Shown in pieces: positions 27,063 through 38,017 of a DNA stretch of 64,000 nt. The notes under the pieces are model-generated. The model was not told the origin of the DNA. It made no database searches and saw nothing but the letters and a program-made list of their open reading frames with translations. Numbering within the stretch: position 1 is the stretch's first letter; each line of letters starts with the position of its first letter. Source of the stretch: Bacteriovoracia bacterium. Its GTDB lineage: Bacteria; Bdellovibrionota; UBA1018; JBFWNL01. The stretch is from assembly GCA_050251055.1 (NCBI GenBank), contig JBFWNL010000012.1, positions 19,805-83,804 on the forward strand, given 5' to 3'. The translations under genes and the position numbers were made by a program.

Positions 27063-27614
27063 TTATTTCACCAAGAAAGCCAAACTGGTTCCGAACGTCG
27101 TGCAGACGACCTGCAGGAGCTCTTCCGTTTCCACCACCGCCATCGGGTCGCCCGTGGACAGGTCGGAAATCATCTTGGACAAGGCCATCTTTTCCGAGAC
27201 CTTCGCCTCGCGCTGCCAAAACGAGATTGCTAGCTGGTCAGCGAGCTTACCCACCAAGAAATCGGAGAACTGATTGGTGCCGCGGGCGAAATCGATATCG
27301 GAAAACAGCAGGCGCTCGCCGTAGGACTGCGCCTTCTCGCGAGCGATCGCTTTCTTGCAGAAGCCGCCCGCGAGCTCCGTCATACCCAACACGACCGGCG
27401 AGCCGAATTCCTGCGGCACGCCCGCGCGCGGCAGACGGTCCTTCGTGAGCTTGAATAGCTCGAGCAGCTCGGTGTCGCCCTCATCCGCGCCCGTGATCGC
27501 TTCGTAAGAAGCGAAAATCTCGCGGAAGTTCTTGATCCGAAGCGGGGTGGCGGCTTCCGTGCCTGCCGTCGCCAGCAACATCCCCAATGCCAATGCCACT
27601 AATCCTTGTTTCAT
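27063..27614 (-). CDS. Small secreted helical hypothetical protein
   Basis: 183-aa ORF with signal peptide, IKNFREI.ASYEAITG motif, two Cys; operonic spacing. Confidence 0.75.
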   Translation of the reverse strand: MKQGLVALALGMLLATAGTEAATPLRIKNFREIFASYEAITGADEGDTELLELFKLTKDRLPRAGVPQEFGSPVVLGMTELAGGFCKKAIAREKAQSYGERLLFSDIDFARGTNQFSDFLVGKLADQLAISFWQREAKVSEKMALSKMISDLSTGDPMAVVETEELLQVVCTTFGTSLAFLVK

Positions 27615-27630
27615 CCCGTCATTTCCTCGC

Positions 27631-28944
27631 TTACTCGCTTAAGGCCGCCGGGTGTGCGATGCACTCGGGCGCGGCCGCGGTTTTCGTGAACAAACGCTTC
27701 AAGTTGTAACCATTCGCCTCGAGATCCTTCACCATCGGATCCAGGAGGCCCGGCGCGTGCTCGGCGATCGTGCCGCCGCACACCTCGGTATAAACCTTTT
27801 TCACCATGCAACGGCTGAACGCCGAAGAGTTGGCGAGCATATTGGCGAACTCGGGCAAGCTCTCGCCGATCTTTTCCGTGCGCCACCCGAAATCAACCGC
27901 CGTGTTGTAGTCTAGGAGGTTCATCCAGCTGGAATCGGAGGTCACGTAACCAGGCGGATAGACCTCGCCGTTTTGGTTGTACTTCGCCGCCACCCCCGAA
28001 TTGATGTAGGCCAACGCATTATCGACATAGTCAAAATGCGCGAAGGCGCCGGCCATGGAATCCATGAGCGCGTGGCAGTTGCGACAGGTGTTTTGGTAAT
28101 TGGCGGGGTTGCCGCTCGGCGCCCGGTCGACGTCCCGGCGAACGAAGGAGTCGGGCACCCCCCGCATCTTCCAGCTTTCGATCGGAGCGCAAAGGAAGAG
28201 GTTGAACGATTCGCGCAAAGCCCGGCGATTCGTGCCCGCTTCGTATTGCAGCTTTGCCCAAGCGCGCGTCGTCAGCGCGCCGATGCCGACATTGAGATCT
28301 TCCCATTGCTTGTCGACCCGCTCGAGGTCCGTGAGCAGACTTAGGCTTTTCTCGTCGAACTTCAGGTAATGGTCGTTATTGGCTCGGGACACCGCCGGCA
28401 GGCCAAAGCTGGCGTAGGCGCTGTATCGAAGATTGCCTGTAAGGAGCAAGCGGGCGTCCAGACCGTCGCGCACCAATCCGATCATCAACGCCTGCATGTC
28501 GTTAAATGGCTCAAGCGGCGAGCCATCTTTACTCGTGAAGGGAGCGGCGAAGTTGCGCGTGCGTACATTCAGGAAATTTTCCGTTTCAACCACCTGCGCG
28601 GCGGCCTCGAAATATTTCTGTTCGGTGACGAGCTTCAACACCCGGCGGAAACGCGGCTGGGACGGATTGGCGGGACCTCCCGTAAGGCGGATATAAAGAC
28701 GATGGGCATAGGCTTCCGCGGGAGTCTGCGCAAGATTGCCGATGAGCGCGGCATCGAGTTCCGAGTAATCAACATTGGGAAGACCAAACGCATCCATCGA
28801 TGCGCGGGACGAGTTCGCGTGCGCACTCCAAGCCAAATTGGCCGAACACTGCGAAGCAAAGCTATGGCCGGGCGCTAACAAAAAACCGCATAGCGACAGC
28901 GGGCCAAGCCAGGAGAAAAATACGAACCGGAGCGATTTTCTCAT
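27631..28944 (-). CDS. Exported CxxCH protein, DUF1585/DUF1588-like
   Basis: Signal peptide, HRLYIRLTG, GTNRR, RRDVDRAPSG, CRNCH..MD, C-terminal FSRCMVKKV...GYNLKRLF; start after GGAGGG. Confidence 0.72.
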   Translation of the reverse strand: MRKSLRFVFFSWLGPLSLCGFLLAPGHSFASQCSANLAWSAHANSSRASMDAFGLPNVDYSELDAALIGNLAQTPAEAYAHRLYIRLTGGPANPSQPRFRRVLKLVTEQKYFEAAAQVVETENFLNVRTRNFAAPFTSKDGSPLEPFNDMQALMIGLVRDGLDARLLLTGNLRYSAYASFGLPAVSRANNDHYLKFDEKSLSLLTDLERVDKQWEDLNVGIGALTTRAWAKLQYEAGTNRRALRESFNLFLCAPIESWKMRGVPDSFVRRDVDRAPSGNPANYQNTCRNCHALMDSMAGAFAHFDYVDNALAYINSGVAAKYNQNGEVYPPGYVTSDSSWMNLLDYNTAVDFGWRTEKIGESLPEFANMLANSSAFSRCMVKKVYTEVCGGTIAEHAPGLLDPMVKDLEANGYNLKRLFTKTAAAPECIAHPAALSE

Positions 28945-29334
28945 CGTTCCCTCCATGGATGATGAAGAAATAGTCAGATTTCTTTCCATACTAAATCCGG
29001 ATCCCCCGAAAGCAAGATCTAAGTGGCCACGGACGTTCCGCGCACGCGCGAAATCATTAACAAGCCGACGCCTGCCCCTGGGCGTGAACGGATCCGCCGA
29101 AAATATCTGCTCTCAAAAAATGCAATTTTTTAGCCAGTTTTTAGGCATTTTTAGACAAGTTACGGATTCCGGCGGGACAAGATGGTTGCCCTTCCGGGCG
29201 ATCCGACAGGAACATTTCACGCGCCTCGCAAAACCAAGCATGGCCCCCGCGAAAAATTCGCGCGTGCGGAGTTCTTGACGCCGAACTGGTGCTGAAATGG
29301 CCCCGTTTTTTTTCGTGAGCGATGCGCGGAAGGA

Positions 29335-30813
29335 TTACTCGCCGCGCTCGGTGAACTCGCCGTTCTGGTAGGCGAGAATTTTCTTCTGACCGTCGACCAT
29401 AGTCTCGACACACACGGGACGGCGCCAGATCTCGGTTAGGCCCCGCATCGTCTCCTGCGCCCAGCGCATGTCGAGATCGATGCCTTGGTGCTTGTGCCAA
29501 AGCAAAAGCTCCCCGCGGTTCTCGTAGTTACCATCCTTCACGTAAATGAACGGCTGGCCCATGTTCGTGAGCATGAAGAGCAGCTTTTCTTTTACTTTTT
29601 TGTAATCGCGGTCGGTGATCTCGTACTGGTTGGTGCGACGATTGAACTCGTAGGTGTAGAGTTTCAGCCGATCGCAGAACTCCTGCGTCAAGTAACTGTC
29701 GATAAAGGTGATGTCGTTGCACACCCGGCGGACTTCAAACACCTTCTGGCGCCCCTGATTGAGCTTCGTGTCCCAGTTGGCTTTTTTCACCAGGTCTTCG
29801 CACTCGTCGTATTCCTTACCGAACTTGCCCTTGTTCCAGCGATCTTCGATGTCGCGGAAGAGCTCGATGCCGATCTTATAAGGGTTGATCTGGCCCGGCT
29901 GCATGGCCATCGTGCCCGCGTGGTGATCAGCGAACTCGATGATCTCGGAGTCGCGCAGCGCCTTCTCAGTCATGATGCGGGAATGCCAGTATGAGGCCCA
30001 GCCCTCGTTCATGATCTTAGTCTGCATCTGGGGCACGAAATAGTAGGCTTCCTCGCGAATGATGCTCAACACGTCGCTTTCCCAGTGCTCGAGCGGGGCG
30101 TGCTCCACCAAGAACTGCAGAACATCCTTCTGCGGTTCGGCGGGATTGCGGCGCGACTGCTGCTGGCTTTGCTGGAGGCGCTGGCGTTGCTCGTCCAGGA
30201 ACTCCTTGGGGTTAATGAAAGACTCCATATACGGGCGATCGGTCTTTAGGCGTCCCGGCTCTTGCGGGGCCGCGTCTTCGTCCGAATCCTTCTTCATCTC
30301 GGGCGCCTTCTGGAACGGCAGGAACGGATCGATGAGGTTTTCGATGCTCAGGCAGCGGTCAATGAAATTTTCCACGCGGTCCTGCCCGTAGCGGTCCATG
30401 TAGTTACGGATGCGCACGGCGTGGTTAGCCATGGCGTCGAGCATCTTGCGGTTGGTTTTGGAGAACCAGTAGTTGTTCTTGAAGAAATCCACGTGGCCGT
30501 AGACGTGCGCCATGACGAGCTTTTGATCAACGTAGCTATTGGAACTCATCAGGTAGGCGTAGGAGGGATCCGTATTGATCACCATTTCGTAAATCTTCTG
30601 CAGGCCCCAGCTGTAGCCCTTGGACATCTGGTCGTAGTCCATGCCGAAGCGCCAGTGCGGGTAGCGAACGGGGAAACCGCCGAAGGACGCGAGCGAATTG
30701 ATCTGGTCGTAGTCGACCATCTCGAAGATGACCTCGAAGAAATCCAGGCCAAAGTCCGTAGCGTAGCCTTTGATCTCGTCGCGCAGCTCGGAGAGCTCCT
30801 TGGTCAACGACAT
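29335..30813 (-). CDS. spoVR: SpoVR/YcgB family protein
   Basis: [51 protein letters not shown]. Confidence 0.95.
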   Translation of the reverse strand: MSLTKELSELRDEIKGYATDFGLDFFEVIFEMVDYDQINSLASFGGFPVRYPHWRFGMDYDQMSKGYSWGLQKIYEMVINTDPSYAYLMSSNSYVDQKLVMAHVYGHVDFFKNNYWFSKTNRKMLDAMANHAVRIRNYMDRYGQDRVENFIDRCLSIENLIDPFLPFQKAPEMKKDSDEDAAPQEPGRLKTDRPYMESFINPKEFLDEQRQRLQQSQQQSRRNPAEPQKDVLQFLVEHAPLEHWESDVLSIIREEAYYFVPQMQTKIMNEGWASYWHSRIMTEKALRDSEIIEFADHHAGTMAMQPGQINPYKIGIELFRDIEDRWNKGKFGKEYDECEDLVKKANWDTKLNQGRQKVFEVRRVCNDITFIDSYLTQEFCDRLKLYTYEFNRRTNQYEITDRDYKKVKEKLLFMLTNMGQPFIYVKDGNYENRGELLLWHKHQGIDLDMRWAQETMRGLTEIWRRPVCVETMVDGQKKILAYQNGEFTERGE

Positions 30814-30814
30814 G

Positions 30815-31924
30815 CTATTTGCCCTTCCCCAGGAATTCCTTGATCGACTGCAGGATACCTTCTTTATTCTCGATCTTGGAGAGGATGACGGAGGCGTGTT
30901 CCTTGCCGAATTGTTCGATTAAATCCTTGTAGAACTGTCCGGATCCGTAACGAGACTCGACCTGGCCGTAACAGAACACGTTGCACACGGGCAGGAGAGA
31001 GTTTTGTAAGATCTCCATGCACAGGCGCGTGTCTTCTCCCGACCAGTTATCGCCGTCGGAGAAATGGAACGGATAGATGTTCCACTCGGACGGAGCGTAG
31101 TCGGTTTGGATGATCTTTTCGCAGAGCTTGTAGGCCGAGCTAATGAGCGTACCGCCGCTCTCGCGCGTGCGGAAAAACGTGTGCTCGTCCACCTCGCGCG
31201 CGGTGGCGTCGTGGATGATGTAGCGGGTTTCGATCCCCTTGTACTGCGAACGTAGCCACGTATCGATCCAGAAGGCTTCCGTACGCACGATCTCTTTCTG
31301 CTCGTCGCCCATGGAGCCGGACACGTCCATCATGTAAATGATGACCGCGCTGTTCTCGTGGCGCACGTCGCTCTTCCAAGACCGGAAGCGCTTGTCCCGC
31401 CGGATGGGAACAATGATGGGGTCTTTGGCGTTGTAGGTGCCGGTCGCGATCTGCCGCTTGAGCGCTTCGCGAAAAGTACGCTTGAAGTGCCGCAGCGACT
31501 CGGGACCTTGGCTCGCGATCCCCGTGTAGCGGTCGGTCGCCGAACGCACGGTTTTTTTCCCGCGCGGCTCGATCCTAGGCAGCTCGAGCTCCTCGCCCAG
31601 GATCTCGGCCAGCTCTTGCAGGGTGAGATCCACTTCGATCGTGTGATTTCCCGCCTCGCTGCCCGCCTGGCCCTCGCCCGGCTGTTCTTGATCGCCCTTG
31701 CCGACGGGATCGCCGGGTTTGCCCTCGCCCTGCCCCACCCCGCCCTGCTGCTTCTCGCCGAAGCGAAAGCGCGGGATCTCGATCTGGGGGATCGGGATCG
31801 TGACCAAGTCTTTCCCCTTGCGGCCGATCATCTCGCCGTTGGTCACGTACTTCTTGAGGTCCTGCTTGATCTTGCCCTTTACGATGTTCCGAAAACGGGC
31901 ATGATCGCGTTTGATGTTATACAT
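30815..31924 (-). CDS. yeaH: YeaH/YhbH (DUF444) vWA-like protein
   Basis: [21 protein letters not shown]; ATG at 31924 overlaps the prkA stop. Confidence 0.93.
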   Translation of the reverse strand: MYNIKRDHARFRNIVKGKIKQDLKKYVTNGEMIGRKGKDLVTIPIPQIEIPRFRFGEKQQGGVGQGEGKPGDPVGKGDQEQPGEGQAGSEAGNHTIEVDLTLQELAEILGEELELPRIEPRGKKTVRSATDRYTGIASQGPESLRHFKRTFREALKRQIATGTYNAKDPIIVPIRRDKRFRSWKSDVRHENSAVIIYMMDVSGSMGDEQKEIVRTEAFWIDTWLRSQYKGIETRYIIHDATAREVDEHTFFRTRESGGTLISSAYKLCEKIIQTDYAPSEWNIYPFHFSDGDNWSGEDTRLCMEILQNSLLPVCNVFCYGQVESRYGSGQFYKDLIEQFGKEHASVILSKIENKEGILQSIKEFLGKGK

Positions 31925-33996
31925 CAGGATTTTTTCTTCACGTCCCCGCGGGCGAAGATGCTGGCCACGTAGTTGAGCACGTCCGTGGAGCAAATCTCGC
32001 AATAATCGTAGTTCTTGATCAAGCGCGCCTTCACGACGTCGATCTTCTCCTGCGTGGTCTTGTCGATCACGTTGGAAACGAGCGAAGTGAGCTTGATGGA
32101 GTCCTTCTGGTCTTCGAACAGCTTTAACTCCAAGGCCTTGTGCAGGCGCTCGTTCGTTTTATAGTCGAACGTGCGGCCTTCGATGGCCAACGCTCCGATG
32201 TAGTTCATGATCTCGCGCCGGAAATCGTCCTTGCGGCTTTCCGGGATGTCGATCTTCTCTTCGATCGCGCGCATCAGGCGCTCATCGGGTTCCTCGGCCT
32301 GGCCCGTGTAACGGTTCTTCACCTTCTCGCGTTGGGTGTAGGCCTTGACGTTATCGATGTAGTTCGAGCAGAGCTTCGAGATGGCGTCTTCATCGGCCGA
32401 AATCGCGCGCTGGACCTCGTTTTTCACGATGTCCTCGTACTCTTGCTTCACGACCGCCAAAAGCTCGCGGTATTCACGCCGACGTTCGTCGCTAGCGATC
32501 AACGCGTGATGCTTCAGGCCCCCGTCGAGCTCGTTCATCACCATGAACGGGTTCACACAGCCGACTTCGCCGCTCTTCTCGCTCACCAAGGCGTTCGAGA
32601 TCTTGTCCTGGATGTAGCGCGGGCTGATGCCGTCCATGCCTTCGCGGATGGCTTCCTTGCGCAGCTCCTTCACGTTTTCCTCGGTGTAGCCGGTGAGGGT
32701 TTTGCCGTCATACAGCTTCAGCTTCTGCAGCAGCGAAAGATTGGCCTTCTTCGGCTGCTCCAGGCGCGTGAGGATCGCCCACATCGCGGCCACTTCGACC
32801 GTGTGCGGGGCGATGTGCTTGCCGCGGATCTTGTTGGCGTTGAAGTCCTTCTCGTAGATCTTCACTTCCTGCTTGAGCTTCGTGATGTACGGGATGTCGA
32901 TCTTCACCGTACGGTCGCGCAAGGCCTCCATGAATTCGTTGCTTTGGAGCTTCTTGAACTCGGGCTCGTTCGTGTGCCCGATGATCACCTCGTCGATATC
33001 CGTCTGCGGGAATTTCTTCGGCTTGATCTTGTGCTCTTGCGAGGCGCCGAGCAGGTCGTACAAGAACGCCACGTCAAGCTTCAACACTTCGATGAACTCC
33101 ACCACGCCGCGGTTGGCGATATTGAATTCCCCGTCGAAGTTGAACGCGCGCGGATCGGAATCCGAGCCGTACTCGGCGATCTTGCGGTAGTTGATGTCCC
33201 CCGTCAGTTCGGTCGAATCTTGGTTCTTCTCGTCCTTCGGCTGGAACGTGCCGATCCCCACGCGGTCGCGCTCGGAGAGCACCATGCGGTACACGCGCAC
33301 GTGATCCATCACCTTGGACCAGTCTCCGTCGTAACGCTTCATGAACTCGCGCTGGACGTGGCGGCAGGACGGGCACATGTCGCCCGTGATGTTCACGCGG
33401 TACTCGGACTTCTTGCCTTTATTGAACTCGTCCGCCAGCTCCTGGCGGGCATTTTCGGGCACGAGCCGCAGCGGTTCTTCATGCATCGGGCAGAGCATTT
33501 CGGTGGCGTTGCCCAAAATCGGGTCTTTGTCCTTGGTCTTTTCCGGCTTATCGATCCACTTGAAGGTGTAAAGCACGCCTTCGGGGGTCTTCGTGTATTG
33601 CTCGATGCCTTTCTTGAGCATGCGCGCGATCGTGGACTTCGACGAACCGACCGGGCCATGGAGGAGCAATACGCGTTTTTCGGTGCCGTAACCGAGCGCG
33701 GCGGACTTGAGGAAGCTCACCAACTTCATGAGCGAAATATCGAGGCCGAAAACGGCGTCTTTCCCGTTGTTAATCGGGTCATCAAAGAACTTGTAGCGCG
33801 TGATGTTCTTCTTGTACTCGACGTAGGATTCCGTTCCGTACGAAAGGATCATGTCGTACATGCGTTGAAAGGCGTTCCGGCAGACGCGCGGATCCTTCTT
33901 CACGATGTCGAGGTATTCCCAGAACGTGCCTTCCCAATTCAGGTCGCGAAACTCTTCGATGGCTTCGTTCTTGTTAAGTAGTCCGATCCAATCCAT
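31924..33996 (-). CDS. prkA: PrkA/YeaG AAA+ ATPase / serine protein kinase
   Basis: Walker [41 protein letters not shown]. Confidence 0.95.
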   Translation of the reverse strand: MDWIGLLNKNEAIEEFRDLNWEGTFWEYLDIVKKDPRVCRNAFQRMYDMILSYGTESYVEYKKNITRYKFFDDPINNGKDAVFGLDISLMKLVSFLKSAALGYGTEKRVLLLHGPVGSSKSTIARMLKKGIEQYTKTPEGVLYTFKWIDKPEKTKDKDPILGNATEMLCPMHEEPLRLVPENARQELADEFNKGKKSEYRVNITGDMCPSCRHVQREFMKRYDGDWSKVMDHVRVYRMVLSERDRVGIGTFQPKDEKNQDSTELTGDINYRKIAEYGSDSDPRAFNFDGEFNIANRGVVEFIEVLKLDVAFLYDLLGASQEHKIKPKKFPQTDIDEVIIGHTNEPEFKKLQSNEFMEALRDRTVKIDIPYITKLKQEVKIYEKDFNANKIRGKHIAPHTVEVAAMWAILTRLEQPKKANLSLLQKLKLYDGKTLTGYTEENVKELRKEAIREGMDGISPRYIQDKISNALVSEKSGEVGCVNPFMVMNELDGGLKHHALIASDERRREYRELLAVVKQEYEDIVKNEVQRAISADEDAISKLCSNYIDNVKAYTQREKVKNRYTGQAEEPDERLMRAIEEKIDIPESRKDDFRREIMNYIGALAIEGRTFDYKTNERLHKALELKLFEDQKDSIKLTSLVSNVIDKTTQEKIDVVKARLIKNYDYCEICSTDVLNYVASIFARGDVKKKS

Positions 33997-34168
33997 GGTT
34001 GACTCCTACCGCGTGAAAAATTCGTTTTTTATTAGAACCGCTTTGCAGTGTGCGCTTTAATCGGCTGCGTTATCAAGGGCGTTATGAAATCCGACACTAC
34101 GACTCGCCTATAGACATTATACCTTTACACTCGGTTCACTGTAAAGTTACTCTACCGAATGAGTTGAT

Positions 34169-35491
34169 ATGGACGAACTGGAAGTCGCCCGACACACCCT
34201 TGGGGAACTGAATCCCTACCATTATGAGGTCTATCTCGAGGACCGGTGGCTGAGTCTTTTCCATAAGTCCGAAACAGTTTCCCCCAAACATCCCGAGCGT
34301 CAAAATAGCCACGCCACTCTCTGCGCGGTTCGCCTGAGCCACGAGGGGCGCACCGGCGAAGCAGTGGTGCATTCCCATTCGCCCGACGCGATCGAGGCGT
34401 GCATCCGGCAGGCGATGCGCGCCGCCGAAACCCAACCCAGCCCCTCGCCCGGACACGACAGTTTTTTTTCCTTTGGTTCCACCCTCTACCAGGAAACCGA
34501 CAGCTACGATGCCGCTGGCCGCGCCCTGCCCGCGGCCGTGAAGCGAGAGGTGCTGGACGAAATGGAAAACCATTGCCTCGCCACCGACTCAAGCATCACG
34601 CGCGTCACCCACGCCGAGGTGAAGGAAACGCACACGCGCGTGCGCATGCTCAGCTCCGAAGGCGAAAAAATCTCCGAACAAGGGAGCCTGTACGAAGCTT
34701 CGGTGACGTGCGAAGCGCGGGGCTCCATTGAACGAGGCCGTGCGCAGGCTTTTTCGCGTTTCTTTGACACGTTCCGAGCCGAGAAGGCGCCGCTAGCGGG
34801 CCGCCTCGCCGCTTTCCGCGCGATGGAGATGATCGACGCCCGACCCGGCCAGGACTTTCGCGGTCCCGCGATCTTGCGCAACGACGCGATGGCGCAGCTT
34901 CTGGAGCACTTCGCCCCACACTTCCAGGCCGGTCGCATCGGCCGCGGACGTAAGCTCGCCTCCGAAAACGTCACGATTATTCATGACGGGCTATTGCCCG
35001 GTGGCTACGGGACCCGTTCCTTCGACGCCGAAGGCTGTCCCACGACGCGCACGCCTTTAGTCGAAGGCGGTATCCTGGTGGACGAGCTGCACACGACCGC
35101 CAGCGCGCGTCGAGGCCAGCGGCTCTCTAACGGCTGCGCCGTGCGGGATGCTTTCGGTACCTTAAAGGCCGGCGTCCAGAACCTCTATCTCGCCCACGGC
35201 AGGCAGGACTTCGCCCAACTGCTGCGGGGAATTTCTCGCGGCTTTCTCGTGACCCGGCTCTGGGATTTTCAGCCGGTGGCGGGAGGGGCCTCCGACCAGT
35301 TCACCGCCCGTGCCCAAGGGATGTGGATTTCCGATGGCTGCCTGCTGCGGCCGACCGGCCAGCTGCGGTTAGAGACGAGCTTCCGCGAGCTGGCCAGTCA
35401 AATCACCGAAGTGGGCAGCGATCTGCAGTTTCACGGCGCTTACGGCGCGCCGTCCGTGCAACTGATCGAACTCTCACTGACCGGAGCCTGA
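34169..35491 (+). CDS. TldD/PmbA family protein (PmbA/TldE-like)
   Basis: KLASENVTIIHDG, FDAEG.PT, LVEGGIL, SNG.A, C-terminal GAPSV; no HExxxH. Confidence 0.85.
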   Translation: MDELEVARHTLGELNPYHYEVYLEDRWLSLFHKSETVSPKHPERQNSHATLCAVRLSHEGRTGEAVVHSHSPDAIEACIRQAMRAAETQPSPSPGHDSFFSFGSTLYQETDSYDAAGRALPAAVKREVLDEMENHCLATDSSITRVTHAEVKETHTRVRMLSSEGEKISEQGSLYEASVTCEARGSIERGRAQAFSRFFDTFRAEKAPLAGRLAAFRAMEMIDARPGQDFRGPAILRNDAMAQLLEHFAPHFQAGRIGRGRKLASENVTIIHDGLLPGGYGTRSFDAEGCPTTRTPLVEGGILVDELHTTASARRGQRLSNGCAVRDAFGTLKAGVQNLYLAHGRQDFAQLLRGISRGFLVTRLWDFQPVAGGASDQFTARAQGMWISDGCLLRPTGQLRLETSFRELASQITEVGSDLQFHGAYGAPSVQLIELSLTGA

Positions 35492-37717
35492 AGCCGGCGG
35501 TTGCGGCATCCCGAACTGCGTACGGAACCAGGTATTCGTGGCGGGCGCCGTGTAGCGCTCGTCCCAGTTCCCTTTGCGCATCTCCCGCACGCGCGCCATG
35601 AACGCGTCGTAAGTGGCCGCCGACGGCTGGAGCGTGCCTTGGTACTGCGCCACGGTAGCGTTCCCGTTGGGGAAACTCGGTTGCTGCGCGACCGTGGTCG
35701 TATCGCCGATCATGCTCTTCCATTGGGCGAGCGAGCGGCCCGCATCTTCCACGATCGCCCACGAGGACGACCCCGCGCTACTCCACACACGGTTGTTCGA
35801 CGAGCTCACCTGGCCGGACATCTGGAGCATTTCTTCCGCCTCGAACAATGGACCTCCCAACATGTCATTCAAGATATTATCTCGAAACGTCACGTTTTGA
35901 AGGCTGTCGCCGTGGCCATCGAAACGGACCGGGCCCCGCCAGTTGTGCAGAACGTTGCCCGAGATCATGAGGTTGCGGTTGAACTTCGTGTTGCTGCCCT
36001 TGTCATCCAGGTGGATGCCGAAGCGGTATCCACCCTGGTTGCCGGTGAACAGATTGTTCTTGAACTCGCCGCCGGAGAGCCATTGCGAAACAATGCCCCA
36101 CCCGCGCGGGTTGTTGGCATCGATGTCGCGGCCTTCGGCGAAGACGTTGTTCCGGACGTAACCGTACACCGCCATTGTCGGGTCCTCATCCGCACCGCCC
36201 TCGAGCCCGCCGAAGCCGATCTGGAGCGCGATGGGGTTGCGCAGGAAGAGGTTATCTTCCGCCGTCCCGCCCGTACGCATCTGGATCCCGTGGCTCGAGC
36301 CATCGGCCACGATGTTGCGCGAGAACGTCACCGTCCCGCCTAACGTCGGGTAGTCGAGGTAAACGTTGTGGTTGAAGATCGTAGCGCCGGCTTGCCCGCT
36401 CTTCCAGCCGTTCTTATCGAACACGTTCTCCACGATCGTGACGTTGTAATACTTGCTCGCGTAAATACCCGCGCTGTGGGAGCTCGTGGAGTGCGAGTCG
36501 ACGATCACGTTTCGCCGGATTACGACGTTCCGGGCGACGGAGTCGTATCCTTGAAGCGTGATGCCGAAAGCATAATTCTCGATCTTGCAGTCTTCGAGCA
36601 AGAACCCGTCCCCCGCGCCCAGCCACCAGAGCCCGACGTCTCCGTTGCTAGCCACGCGGCTATGCGCCCAGAAGTGCAGATTCAAGATGGCCAAGTGATC
36701 GATGCTCGCGGGCGATCCGCCGCCCCCCTGGCGCATGAAGAAACGTGAGGCGCCCGTCTTCAACAGGGGACGCGGCAAGGCTTCGTTGCCATAGGCTTCG
36801 ATCACCATCTTAGCGTTGGCGCTCTGACCGCTCTTCTTCCAATGCCCTAGCCCTTCCAGCCACTCGTCGCCGCGTTTGAGGCGCAGGCGATCCGGATAGC
36901 CGTGGCGAAGCTGCGCGACGCCAGCCGCGATCGAGCGCAGGGGGCTCGCTTGGGTGCCGCTGTTGCCGTCGTTACCGGTGCTGCTGCTAACATAAATGAT
37001 ACGCGCGCCGGAAATCTCCGGCAAATCAGTCCAACCTGTACCAACCGTGGCCGTAGGCGTCGGGGTAGGCGTGGGGGTCGGCGTCGGTGTAGGTGTCGCG
37101 CTCGTTGTCGGCGACGGCGTAGACGTCGGCGTTGGTGTCGCGGTCGGCGTAGGCGTAGGTAAGTGCCGGACGCGGACCGAGCTCACCTGGTGGGATCCGC
37201 TCGAGGCGACCAGTCCCATGTGGGTGAGTTGCGCCACCTCCGCCTGCTCCGTACGGAAAGCAAAACCACTCGCCAGCACCTGGGAGGCTCCCCCATTTTT
37301 GGAAACGCTGACGTCATACCGATGGGCTTCCATATCTACCGTGACCACGAACGCGAAATTGTCCCGGGCCGCGTACGGAAGCGCGATATCGGCCGCGTAA
37401 CCGCCGCCATCGCGGGCATCCACGAATCCTTCGTTATTGAAGCGGATCTGCACCGCATAGTCGGAATAGGTGCCACCGGGCGCAGCCGCGAACATCGTCA
37501 AAGCATCGCTTCGGTTCATCTGCGGCGTCGCGCGGAAGCTGATCTCGGAAAGCCTCCGGATGGGGCTCGGAAGCGCGGAATTCTGGAAAGCGGTGCCGCT
37601 CACGCGCGCCGCGAGCGCTTCGAACGTCCGTGCGCCGGCATTTCCTTGAAGGCCGAACTGGCAGCCGGAAACACTTAAACCAAGAGCCAACCAAACCATC
37701 GATTGCTTGAAATTCAT
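35474..37717 (-). CDS. Lipoprotein with lectin-like N-domain, PT linker and right-handed beta-helix (putative polysaccharide-active enzyme)
   Basis: Lipobox SVSG-C; (PT)n linker; IYVSSSTGND.N.G...P..SI motif followed by Asn-rich parallel beta-helix repeats. Confidence 0.8.
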   Translation of the reverse strand: MNFKQSMVWLALGLSVSGCQFGLQGNAGARTFEALAARVSGTAFQNSALPSPIRRLSEISFRATPQMNRSDALTMFAAAPGGTYSDYAVQIRFNNEGFVDARDGGGYAADIALPYAARDNFAFVVTVDMEAHRYDVSVSKNGGASQVLASGFAFRTEQAEVAQLTHMGLVASSGSHQVSSVRVRHLPTPTPTATPTPTSTPSPTTSATPTPTPTPTPTPTPTATVGTGWTDLPEISGARIIYVSSSTGNDGNSGTQASPLRSIAAGVAQLRHGYPDRLRLKRGDEWLEGLGHWKKSGQSANAKMVIEAYGNEALPRPLLKTGASRFFMRQGGGGSPASIDHLAILNLHFWAHSRVASNGDVGLWWLGAGDGFLLEDCKIENYAFGITLQGYDSVARNVVIRRNVIVDSHSTSSHSAGIYASKYYNVTIVENVFDKNGWKSGQAGATIFNHNVYLDYPTLGGTVTFSRNIVADGSSHGIQMRTGGTAEDNLFLRNPIALQIGFGGLEGGADEDPTMAVYGYVRNNVFAEGRDIDANNPRGWGIVSQWLSGGEFKNNLFTGNQGGYRFGIHLDDKGSNTKFNRNLMISGNVLHNWRGPVRFDGHGDSLQNVTFRDNILNDMLGGPLFEAEEMLQMSGQVSSSNNRVWSSAGSSSWAIVEDAGRSLAQWKSMIGDTTTVAQQPSFPNGNATVAQYQGTLQPSAATYDAFMARVREMRKGNWDERYTAPATNTWFRTQFGMPQPPASGSGQ
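37049..37162 (-). repeat. Hexamer-periodic repeat encoding the Pro-Thr linker
   Basis: Degenerate GGCGTA/GGCGTC/GGTGTA units encoding PTPTPTATPTPTSTPSPTTSATPTPTPTPTPTPTPTAT. Confidence 0.8.
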
Positions 37718-38017
37718 TTTGTACCATCCCTTGCTGAAAGCAGACCTATCCCGTCTTAGATTTTCTCAGACCCCAGGCGAAGTCTCGAGTCGGACCGGAC
37801 GAGGCGGAAGATTGGTGTTTACGGTCGTTAGCTGGAACTGGGTCGAAACTGGCCTGGATTGTTAAGAGGGCGGGCCCGGAGTTCGCTTTAAATACCAGGG
37901 GCTATTTCTGGGTCATTACAAACCGCGATTCCCCGGGCCCTTAACCCAAGTCTGCCCACGAGGCGACGAAATCACTAGCGCCCCGAGCCGATCCCCCGCG
38001 TTTACGTTGACTCGCGT

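Noticed and set aside
32140-33981. 613-aa ORF on + strand
   Set aside because: Antisense shadow of prkA
37049-37162. Possible CRISPR or VNTR
   Set aside because: Degenerate hexamers encoding a Pro-Thr linker; no repeat-spacer structure and no cas genes
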